Part shown: positions 56,831 to 64,000 of the stretch, piece after piece
How the letters are laid out: each line of letters opens with the position of its first letter
Position numbering within the stretch: position 1 is the stretch's first letter
Assembly: GCA_046329655.1 (NCBI GenBank)
Contig: JAXLUD010000007.1
Span: 52,282 to 116,281, forward strand
DNA from: Ferruginibacter sp.
GTDB taxonomy: Bacteria > Bacteroidota > Bacteroidia > Chitinophagales > Chitinophagaceae
Length of the DNA stretch: 64,000 bases
Direction of reading: 5' to 3'
Translations under genes and position numbers: made by a program
The notes under the pieces: generated by a model
Database searches by the model: none
Seen by the model: only the letters and a program-made list of their open reading frames with translations
What the model was told of the DNA's origin: nothing

Positions 56831-57910
56831 ATGAAAAAACTGCTGCTCCCATTAACCTTAACCTGCATGTTATTTTTCACAACAACATCATACAGCCAGC
56901 CCGGCTACAATGAAGAAATAAAGCAGGCCTGCATCAAACTCTTCAATTCATTCAATCCCTTGCAAAAACGTTCGGCCGTGCTCAGTTTTAACGACACTGC
57001 ACGGATCAAATGGAATAACCTGCCTGTTGGTTTAAGGGCCAGGGCCGGCACCAGCCTGGGTAATATGACATACGAGCAGCGCAAACTCGTGCACCGTATT
57101 CTTTCCGCTTCACTCAGCTCGCAGGGATATTTAAAAGCCACCGGCATCATGCACCTCGATAACCTGCTGAACATGTATTACGACAGCCTGTTCTATAAAA
57201 AAGAAATCAGTGATACCACCCACCAGTTTGTAATGTCTTTACTATGGTCGCACAAAAATTATTTCTTTGCTTTTTTTGGCCAGCCATCAGACAGTATATG
57301 GGGGTATAAACTGGAAGGCCATCATTTGTCTGTCAATTTCACATTTGTAAAAGACAAACTTTCGGTAACACCCTTCTTTATCGGCACCGACCCCGCTGAA
57401 TACCAGGACGCAGATTATGCAGGCTGGCGTGTGCTGGGACAAGAAGAAGACCTGGGCATCAAACTCATCCATTCACTTTCCGCGGCGCAGCAAAAGCAGG
57501 CGGTGATGAGCGGCGATGTGCCACAAGACATCATCACGGCAGCCGAAAGCGGCAAACGCCTCGTGAACGACTGGGGTATTACCGGCGCAGCAATGAACCC
57601 GCAGCAAAAAGCCCTGCTACAATATATCATCCGTGAATTTGTATTTAATATGGAATACGATAAAGCCCTGACTGAATATGAAAAAATACTCAAGGCCGGT
57701 GTTGACAAAATTTATTTCGGGTGGATCGGCTCCATGGAGGAAACCAAGCCGCATTATTATGTGCTCAACGGCCCTACTTTTTTAATCGAGTTCGATAACA
57801 ATGGCGGTCCCCGCAACAGCGCCAATCATATTCATGCCATCTGGAGGGAAAAGGGCAATGAATACGGGGAAGATGTACTGAAGAAGCACTATTTAACTGA
57901 GCCGCATTAG
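56831..57910 (+). CDS. DUF3500 domain-containing secreted protein
   Basis: Signal peptide; LEGHHLSVNFTF and IHAIWRE blocks as recalled for DUF3500. Confidence 0.65.
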   Translation: MKKLLLPLTLTCMLFFTTTSYSQPGYNEEIKQACIKLFNSFNPLQKRSAVLSFNDTARIKWNNLPVGLRARAGTSLGNMTYEQRKLVHRILSASLSSQGYLKATGIMHLDNLLNMYYDSLFYKKEISDTTHQFVMSLLWSHKNYFFAFFGQPSDSIWGYKLEGHHLSVNFTFVKDKLSVTPFFIGTDPAEYQDADYAGWRVLGQEEDLGIKLIHSLSAAQQKQAVMSGDVPQDIITAAESGKRLVNDWGITGAAMNPQQKALLQYIIREFVFNMEYDKALTEYEKILKAGVDKIYFGWIGSMEETKPHYYVLNGPTFLIEFDNNGGPRNSANHIHAIWREKGNEYGEDVLKKHYLTEPH

Positions 57911-58010
57911 TACTGATGGTTTTGGTTCATGAACGGTGGATTATTGAAAGACCTGCCTGCCTAAACAATGAACCATGAACCATCAACCAACCATCAAAAT
58001 GATTTCAGTA
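57911..58010. repeat. inverted heptamer arrays (GGTTCAT / ATGAACC family)
   Basis: tactgat|ggttttg|gttcatg|aacggtg ... aatgaac|catgaac|catcaac|caaccat. The two halves are approximately reverse-complementary. Confidence 0.8.
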
Positions 58011-58053
58011 AACCCATCAGCATCCATAACTTTATTGTTCACAACAGGAAACT

Positions 58054-58632
58054 ATGAATCCAAAACTTGATTTCTTTTTTGCAAAAGATAATAAATGGCA
58101 GCAGGAATATAAACAGCTTCGCAGCATCGTCCTTGATTGCGGACTGGAAGAGGAGCTGAAATGGGGACAGCCCTGTTATGTTTTTCAAAAGACCAATATT
58201 GTGCTCATTCATGGGTTTAAAGAATACTGTGCATTGCTGTTCTTCAAGGGCGCCCTATTGAAGGACACAAAGAAGATGCTCATTCAGCAAACGGAAAATG
58301 TACAGGCGGCCAGGCAGGCAAGATTTACCCATGTAAAAGAAATTGTGCAACTTGAAAAAGTTTTGAAGGCATACATCTTCGAAGCCATTGAAGTGGAAAA
58401 AGCCGGGCTGAAAGTGCCCATGAAGAAAACCGGAGCTTTTCCCATGCCCGACGAATTCAAAACCGCTTTAAAGAAAAACGCAAAACTGAAGCGGGCCTTT
58501 GAAGCCCTTACACCCGGCAGGCAAAGGGCTTACCTGCTGCATTTTTCGCAACCCAAACAATCTGCCACAAAGGTTTCGAGAATTGAAAAGTCCACAGCGG
58601 CAATCCTCGCCGGAAAAGGACTGAACGATTAA
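58054..58632 (+). CDS. YdeI/OmpD-associated family protein (DUF1801-like N-domain)
   Basis: LKWGQPCY, FKEYCALLFFKGALLKD and C-terminal LTPGRQRAYLLHFSQPKQSATKVSRIEK. Confidence 0.7.
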   Translation: MNPKLDFFFAKDNKWQQEYKQLRSIVLDCGLEEELKWGQPCYVFQKTNIVLIHGFKEYCALLFFKGALLKDTKKMLIQQTENVQAARQARFTHVKEIVQLEKVLKAYIFEAIEVEKAGLKVPMKKTGAFPMPDEFKTALKKNAKLKRAFEALTPGRQRAYLLHFSQPKQSATKVSRIEKSTAAILAGKGLND

Positions 58633-58651
58633 CATTCATAAAGCGACTAAC

Positions 58652-59218
58652 ATGACTGCATCAAAAAGCAAATTAACTTCCGCAGAAACCAAAGAGCTGC
58701 TCAGTATACTGCAAACACGGTTTGAAAAAAACAAACACCGCCACAAGGATATTGCCTGGGAAAAAGTACAGGCCAGGCTGGAAGCAAATGCAGGAAAATG
58801 CTGGTCGTTGCAGCAAATGGAATCTTCCGGCGGCGAACCCGACGTAACGGGCCTGGATAAGAAAACGGGGGAATATATTTTTGTTGATTGCGCAGCTGAA
58901 AGCCCGGCCGGCCGCAGGAGCTTTTGCTATGACCGTGCCGCACTGGATGGCCGGAAAGAAAACAAACCCAAAAACAGTGTGATGGATATGGCCGCAGCAA
59001 TGGGTGTTGAAATCTTAACCGAAGAAGCATACAGGCAGTTGCAGCAGCTGGGGCATTTCGATTTAAAAACCTCCAGCTGGATACAAACCCCGGCAGCCAT
59101 CCGCAAACTGGGCGGGGCCCTGTTCTGCGACCGGCGCTATGATACCGTTTTTGTTTACCACAATGGGGCAGAATCATATTATGCTGCCCGGGGATTCAGG
59201 GCTTCACTCAAAGTTTAA
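58652..59218 (+). CDS. DUF4256 domain-containing protein
   Basis: MESSGGEPDV, GRRSFCYD, KTSSWIQTP and FVYHNGAESYYAARGFR blocks. Confidence 0.65.
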   Translation: MTASKSKLTSAETKELLSILQTRFEKNKHRHKDIAWEKVQARLEANAGKCWSLQQMESSGGEPDVTGLDKKTGEYIFVDCAAESPAGRRSFCYDRAALDGRKENKPKNSVMDMAAAMGVEILTEEAYRQLQQLGHFDLKTSSWIQTPAAIRKLGGALFCDRRYDTVFVYHNGAESYYAARGFRASLKV

Positions 59219-59259
59219 GCACAGCCCCATTTTTACAAAACATATTTGAAAGAAAAAAC

Positions 59260-59933
59260 TTGGCGCATATTCTCGATAATCCCATCTGGCATGCCCTCAG
59301 CACCGGCAATAAAAAAATGGCCCGCGGAACAGCCACCGTGAAATACATCAAAAGGGATGTGGGCTTTTTTGCAGGGATGCGGCGCAACAGCCAGAAAGCC
59401 CTGAACGAGTTATATAAACTGCTGCCGCAAGGAAGCAAGGTGATCCTGTTCACACCAAAACAAATCATCATTCCTCCCGCCTGGCATATTAAAATTGAAA
59501 GGCCGTTACTGCAAATGATCTGCAGGAAGCAACAAACAGTGATGCAGGACCTGGGAGTCATCCGTCCGCTGGGCGATACAAATATTCCTGCCATGCTAAA
59601 GCTCACACATCTCACCAACCCCGGACCATTTATACAACGCACCATCGACTTCGGCAATTATGAAGGCATTTTCAAAGGGCGCAAACTGGTGGCCATGACA
59701 GGCCAACGGCTCAAAGCCGGAAAATATACCGAAGTGAGTGCTGTATGCACACATCCTGATCATACAGGCAAAGGCCATGCGGCCAAACTGCTCCAAAGCC
59801 AGCTCAATAAAATATTTGCAAAGGGCCAAATCCCATGCATGTGTATCCTGATAATCCCGCCTGCCATCTTTATCTGAAAATGGGCTTTGCTGTAAGAAAA
59901 GAAATGATGGTGTATTTCATTGAAAAGGCATAA
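59260..59933 (+). pseudogene. GNAT family N-acetyltransferase with -1 frameshift near 59838
   Basis: Frame 1 ends at 59877 (..GQIPCMCILIIPPAIFI*). Shifting one base after ..GQIP gives MHVYPDNPACHLYLKMGFAVRKEMMVYFIEKA*, the expected GNAT C-terminus, ending at TAA 59931-59933. Confidence 0.7.
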
Positions 59934-59999
59934 TACGCTTATCTCGGCCATTGCATTTTCCATCAATACGGTGTATATTGAAATACCTTTAGACAGCTT

Positions 60000-61247
60000 A
60001 TGCAAAACTCCCCCACTCCTGTTTTACAAAACGAAAGGGCCGGTATACTCGATATACTACGCGGCTTCGCCCTGCTGGGCGTGATGCTCGACAATCTTTT
60101 TGGATTTACCGGCTGGGGTTATCTTACACAACCACAGCGTGAGGCTTTAAGCACATGGCCGGCTGACGGTATTGCAGGAATGCTGGAGCTGACCTTTGTT
60201 AATGGGAAATTCTACAGCATCTTTTCCTTGTTGTTTGGCATTGGCTTTTCCATTATCCTGCTGCGCAATGAACAGAAGGGCATCAATCCTTTAAAAATAT
60301 TTTACCGCCGCCTCTTTATCCTGCTGCTGATCGGCGCCGCACATCTTTTTCTTTTATGGGAAGGAGATATTCTTTTCTTGTATGCAGCCATTGGTTTGCT
60401 GCTGCCGCTTTTCAGGAATTGCAGCAACAAAACCCTGCTGGTTTGGGCTGCAGTGCTGATTGCCCTTCCTGTACTGCTGGATACACTGAGTGTGCTTTTT
60501 CATTATAAAAATGGCAGCTTCCTCGAAGCACTGGGCAAACAAACAGATATCAAAACAGGTGTACCCACTGATGACAACCTGGGCAAATATCTATATGGAA
60601 AAAACAGCGGCTGGGCTGAATGGCGAAACTGGCAGGCATCAGGCTTCCTTTACCGCTATGCCTATATACTCGACAGCAACCGCATCCCCAAAGTGCTGGG
60701 CTTATTCCTGCTGGGTTTCTATGCCGGGCGGAAACTCATCTATGCAAATACCGAACAGTATCTTTCACTCCTGAAGCGTTTGCGCAAATGGGGATTCATC
60801 ATTGGCATACCCGCAGCAATTGCCTGCACAGGTTTTGAAATTTTTGCCAAGCACATTCCTGAACCTTCCGGGCTGGGGCACACTTTCTTTTATGCCATCA
60901 GCGTGGTGCCGCTGGCATTGGCATACACATCGGTGATTTGCCTGCGCTGGATCAAGAAAAAAGAGAACAGCCGTTTAAACATACTGGCACCGGTGGGCAG
61001 GATGGCGCTCACCAATTACTTAATGCAAACGGTGCTGGGCATTTTTATTTATTATGGTATCGGGCTCGGACTGGGAGGCAATACCGGTCCGGTTATTTTT
61101 ATGACAGCCGGCATGGCAGTATTTGCATTACAGGTGATGTACAGCAACTGGTGGTTCAGGTATTTCAATTATGGTCCGCTGGAATGGATATGGCGGCAAC
61201 TCACTTACGGTAAAAGGCTGCGGCTTAGAAAAACAATATCCGCATAG
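60000..61247 (+). CDS. DUF418 (YeiB-like) membrane protein
   Basis: 415 aa, polytopic; RILDILRGFALLGV start and C-terminal GPLEWIWRQLTYG motif. Confidence 0.8.
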   Translation: MQNSPTPVLQNERAGILDILRGFALLGVMLDNLFGFTGWGYLTQPQREALSTWPADGIAGMLELTFVNGKFYSIFSLLFGIGFSIILLRNEQKGINPLKIFYRRLFILLLIGAAHLFLLWEGDILFLYAAIGLLLPLFRNCSNKTLLVWAAVLIALPVLLDTLSVLFHYKNGSFLEALGKQTDIKTGVPTDDNLGKYLYGKNSGWAEWRNWQASGFLYRYAYILDSNRIPKVLGLFLLGFYAGRKLIYANTEQYLSLLKRLRKWGFIIGIPAAIACTGFEIFAKHIPEPSGLGHTFFYAISVVPLALAYTSVICLRWIKKKENSRLNILAPVGRMALTNYLMQTVLGIFIYYGIGLGLGGNTGPVIFMTAGMAVFALQVMYSNWWFRYFNYGPLEWIWRQLTYGKRLRLRKTISA

Positions 61248-61475
61248 TACACATTTCTTCCCGGTCTTATCCCGCTTCAGTATATCATTGATTCCTGACA
61301 AAATCAACCTGCAATGCTGCACGAAAAACAGATTTTACTGCTTCGTGACAAAACTTTTTCTGCTTCAAAAAACAGCATGATTCTCCACATTGTTTTGCTT
61401 GATGAACATCATTGAACAGGGTATGCTGCCCCGGTAATTTAGCACAGTGGTTGATGAACCCAAAAACAAAACAAC

Positions 61476-61913
61476 ATGAAAAACTTAGTAACCCTGCTGG
61501 GTATTGTAACAGTGGCTGCCGCAGCAACAGCATTCAATGCCATGCAGGAAGATCCATGGAAAGTTCCGGAGAAATATGAAACCATGAAGAATCCTGTTAA
61601 ACCAGATGCTGCATCTGTTTCCGCAGGAAAAGAAATATACAAATCGCATTGCACGCCCTGCCATGGCATCAATGGCAAAGGTGCCGGGCACAGATCGGTG
61701 AACCTGGATACGAAGCCGGCGAATTTTACTTCAGAGGCCTTCCAGCAACAGACTGATGGCGCCCTGCTGTTCAAAGTATATTTCGGCCACAGGGAAATGC
61801 CCGGTTTCAAAAACAAATTCCCGGGAAATGAAGGCGTGAGTGAAAACAATTTTGGCAAGACCCGGATTCCCGGAGACCTGATCAATTACCTCAGAAGCTA
61901 TGGAAAAAAATAG
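61476..61913 (+). CDS. c-type cytochrome (mono-haem)
   Basis: Signal peptide; CTPCHG haem-binding motif, with distal Met candidate in GHREMPGF. Confidence 0.8.
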   Translation: MKNLVTLLGIVTVAAAATAFNAMQEDPWKVPEKYETMKNPVKPDAASVSAGKEIYKSHCTPCHGINGKGAGHRSVNLDTKPANFTSEAFQQQTDGALLFKVYFGHREMPGFKNKFPGNEGVSENNFGKTRIPGDLINYLRSYGKK

Positions 61914-61957
61914 CTGGGCTGGCTGCCGTACCAGCAATGGCTGATGTCTGACAACTG

Positions 61958-61995
61958 CACCCGCTCCATTTTATATGCAGCGGGTGTTTTATTTT
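61958..61995 (+). terminator. intrinsic terminator after cytochrome c gene
   Basis: cacccgct...agcgggtg stem followed by ttttatttta. Confidence 0.65.
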
Positions 61996-62021
61996 ATATC
62001 TCCGGCCGTTATCTTTACGCG

Positions 62022-62459
62022 ATGCCGCTCTCCCATCCTGTTAAAATAAAATCACTGCTGCAGCTGTATGAACGGCTCCCCGAACATGAACGCATCACGG
62101 TGGATGTGCTGCGTGAAATTGTAAAAGCCACTTTGCCGGCATACTGCAAAGAAAAAATATCTTTTAATGTGCCTTATTTCCATGGCAACAAAGGCATCTG
62201 CATTATCTGGCCGGCCACCATTCCCCGCGGGGGAATTAAAAAAGGCGTTTTGTTCGGGCTATGGTATGGCAACCGGTTAAAGGACCCTAACGGTTATCTG
62301 ACCCACGGCACCAACAAATAGATTTTTTATAAGATTTTTATGGATGCGGAGGAGATCGATGAAACCGCCATTGTACAATTGCTCCACGAAGCCCTGGCGG
62401 TGGACAGGAAATGGAAAACAAAAAACGGCAGGGATGATTTGTCCCTTACCAAAAGTTAA
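62022..62459 (+). pseudogene. DUF1801 domain protein interrupted by in-frame TAG at 62319-62321
   Basis: ..THGTNK*IFYKIFMDAEEIDETAIVQLLHEALAVD.. continues in the same frame to TAA 62457-62459. Start at ATG 62022, downstream of the cytochrome terminator. Confidence 0.65.
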
Positions 62460-62535
62460 CTTTTTTTAACAAAGATGCCGGTCCGCCATTGCAACGCTGG
62501 CATAATTTTTTCCATCTTTGTACCAAACAAACAGA

Positions 62536-62937
62536 TTGAAGCGATTTTTACCAGCCATTTTACTATTACTTGCAACCGTCTCCAGGGCACAGCAGGTTGA
62601 CAGCATTTATGTAAACCTGTATACCGACAGCCTGAAAAAAGGCACGTATAATTATATCAATGTAGACGGGTTGCTGCACAATGGCCGTTACCTCCCGCTC
62701 GACAGTTCGCATATCAGCTTCACTGCATCGGCAGGTAATTTTTTTGGCAACAGCCTGCTGCTCGACAGGGATTTTGCAGGCGACCGGGTACAGATAAAAG
62801 TGGTGCTGAAAAAAAATCCTGCGCTGCATAAAGAATTTACGATGTATATAAAGATTAAACCCGATAATGAAAACTTAAAGACCGTGGAAGAGCTCTACGG
62901 CTTACCTGCCCCGAAACCCAAAAAGAAAAGAGGTTAG
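62536..62937 (+). CDS. hypothetical secreted protein
   Basis: Signal peptide (L)KRFLPAILLLLATVSRAQQ. Candidate TTG starts at 62518 and 62536; a CATCTTTG -7-like box ending at 62520 favours 62536. Confidence 0.5.
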   Translation: MKRFLPAILLLLATVSRAQQVDSIYVNLYTDSLKKGTYNYINVDGLLHNGRYLPLDSSHISFTASAGNFFGNSLLLDRDFAGDRVQIKVVLKKNPALHKEFTMYIKIKPDNENLKTVEELYGLPAPKPKKKRG

Positions 62938-62956
62938 CCTGCAGCTTTCCTTAACG

Positions 62957-62998
62957 TAAAAATGCCCGGTTCATCAGGAAGATTTACCGGGCATTTTT
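62957..62998. terminator. bidirectional intrinsic terminator
   Basis: atgcccggt...accgggcat (9 bp, 15-nt loop) flanked by A5 and T5, between convergent genes. Confidence 0.7.
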
Positions 62999-63030
62999 AA
63001 TACTTGTCAGGTTCTGCGCTTGACAATATC

Positions 63031-63684
63031 TTATGCAAATTTCTTGGCGTCTTCTAAAAACTGCGCCAGGCCATTATCAGTTAACGGATGCTTTAATAAA
63101 CCGAGGATGGAAGCCAGCGGACAGGTACAAACATCGGCACCGGCAGCTGCACACTGAATGATATGGTTGGGCGTGCGGATGGACGCAGCCAGTATCTCGG
63201 TTTTGTAACCCTGTACAGAAAATATCTGGCGGATCTGGTGTATCAGTTCTATGCCATCCCAGCCACTGTCGTCGATACGGCCAATGAACGGGGAAACATA
63301 AGTGGCACCGGCTTTTGCTGCCAGTATGGCCTGGCCGGCAGAGAATATCAATGTACAGTTGGTTTTGATACCGTTTTCGGTAAACCATTTAATGGCTTTG
63401 ATACCATCTTTTATCATGGGCACTTTCACCACGATATTCGGGTGAATGGCAGCCAGTTTTTTACCTTCTTCAATAATGCCGTCAAAATCGGTGGAGATCA
63501 CTTCAGCGCTGATATCACCATCCACCATATCACAAATGGTTTTATAATGTGCCATCACTGCTTCTGTGCCTTTAATACCTACTTTAGCCATTAAAGAAGG
63601 ATTGGTGGTAACACCGTCTAATATTCCTAGATCATTGGCTTCTTTAATTTGAGAGAGGTCAGCAGTGTCAATAAAAAATTTCAT
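63031..63684 (-). CDS. fsa: fructose-6-phosphate aldolase / type 3B transaldolase
   Basis: MKFFIDTADLSQIKEANDLGILDGVTTNPSL; Schiff-base Lys region VVKVP; 217 aa. Confidence 0.92.
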   Translation of the reverse strand: MKFFIDTADLSQIKEANDLGILDGVTTNPSLMAKVGIKGTEAVMAHYKTICDMVDGDISAEVISTDFDGIIEEGKKLAAIHPNIVVKVPMIKDGIKAIKWFTENGIKTNCTLIFSAGQAILAAKAGATYVSPFIGRIDDSGWDGIELIHQIRQIFSVQGYKTEILAASIRTPNHIIQCAAAGADVCTCPLASILGLLKHPLTDNGLAQFLEDAKKFA

Positions 63685-63724
63685 TGCTTACTGTGTGTTT
63701 TAAGTGAGGGAATAAAATAAAAAT

Positions 63725-63818
63725 GGCAAGTTACTTACATCGCACCGCTCAACCACCTACCCTTGCTGCCTTCCGGCCCTGGGGGAGTTCAGCAGGAGCT
63801 GGCCGTATAAGACTTGCC
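63725..63818 (-). ncRNA. ffs: signal recognition particle RNA (small bacterial type)
   Basis: The - strand reads ggcaagtc...ctgaactcccccagggccggaaggcagcaagggtagg...acttgcc. It shows the conserved domain IV motif (GNCCGGAAGGNAGCA) and a closing stem ggcaagt/acttgcc. Confidence 0.8.
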
Positions 63819-64000
63819 GCCGCAAATATACAGCCTTATCAGCAATAAATAATTGTGAAATAAAATTTTCTTACAAATGATATTTGATCATATATCGCCA
63901 CTCCAGATCCCGCATCCAGTATCCAGTATCAAAAACTAAACCCCGGCCTGTCGGTCCTTGAATCAATCTGCGCCACACCAATCAGCTGATCGGCACGGTC

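Noticed and set aside
56539-56913. 124-aa plus-strand ORF overlapping the DUF3500 start
   Set aside because: It has low-complexity Leu/Pro/Ser-rich composition, runs out of frame into the DUF3500 signal peptide, and has no motif.

Overview
This is a chromosomal window from a Bacteroidota genome. That assignment is an inference from gene content: carboxypeptidase-regulatory-domain (Oar-like) TonB-dependent receptors, TamB, type-B L31, bacilliredoxin and TAnnTTTG-type -7 promoter boxes. A Chitinophagaceae/Sphingobacteriia-like source is only a guess. I can support about 55 protein genes (mostly housekeeping or envelope functions), tRNA-Lys(TTT), tRNA-Arg(ACG), an SRP RNA and many clean intrinsic terminators. 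The main functional unit is a complete minus-strand trp operon (46094-55272). It is headed by a 17-codon leader peptide with three consecutive Trp codons plus terminator/antiterminator pairings. Its order is trpE-G-D-C-F-F'-[two AT-rich orphan ORFs]-B-[DUF559 ORF]-A, so two small insertions sit inside the operon. One is a 530-bp DUF559 cassette bounded by 28-bp inverted repeats, which appears to supply the trpA start codon. The other is a ~1.2-kb AT-rich two-gene cassette bounded by inverted GC hairpins. Other notable points: (1) a 1.3-kb AT-rich islet next to tRNA-Arg with a 112-nt multi-stem palindrome and orphan ORFs; (2) tandem TonB-dependent receptor paralogues with duplicated control regions; (3) an ATP-grasp + GCS2 ligase pair separated by a tandem ~100-nt repeat; (4) a family of 7-nt-period (and 9-nt) word arrays filling many spacers and occurring once inside trpG; (5) four disrupted genes, three of them by -1 frameshifts (two gene-internal in lacI, at a T-run and at about 44404, and one at a short C-run in a GNAT gene). 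I saw no CRISPR array, transposase, integrase or recognisable known defence system. The best candidates for something undescribed are the two orphan cassettes and the repeat families. Their functions cannot be assigned from sequence alone.
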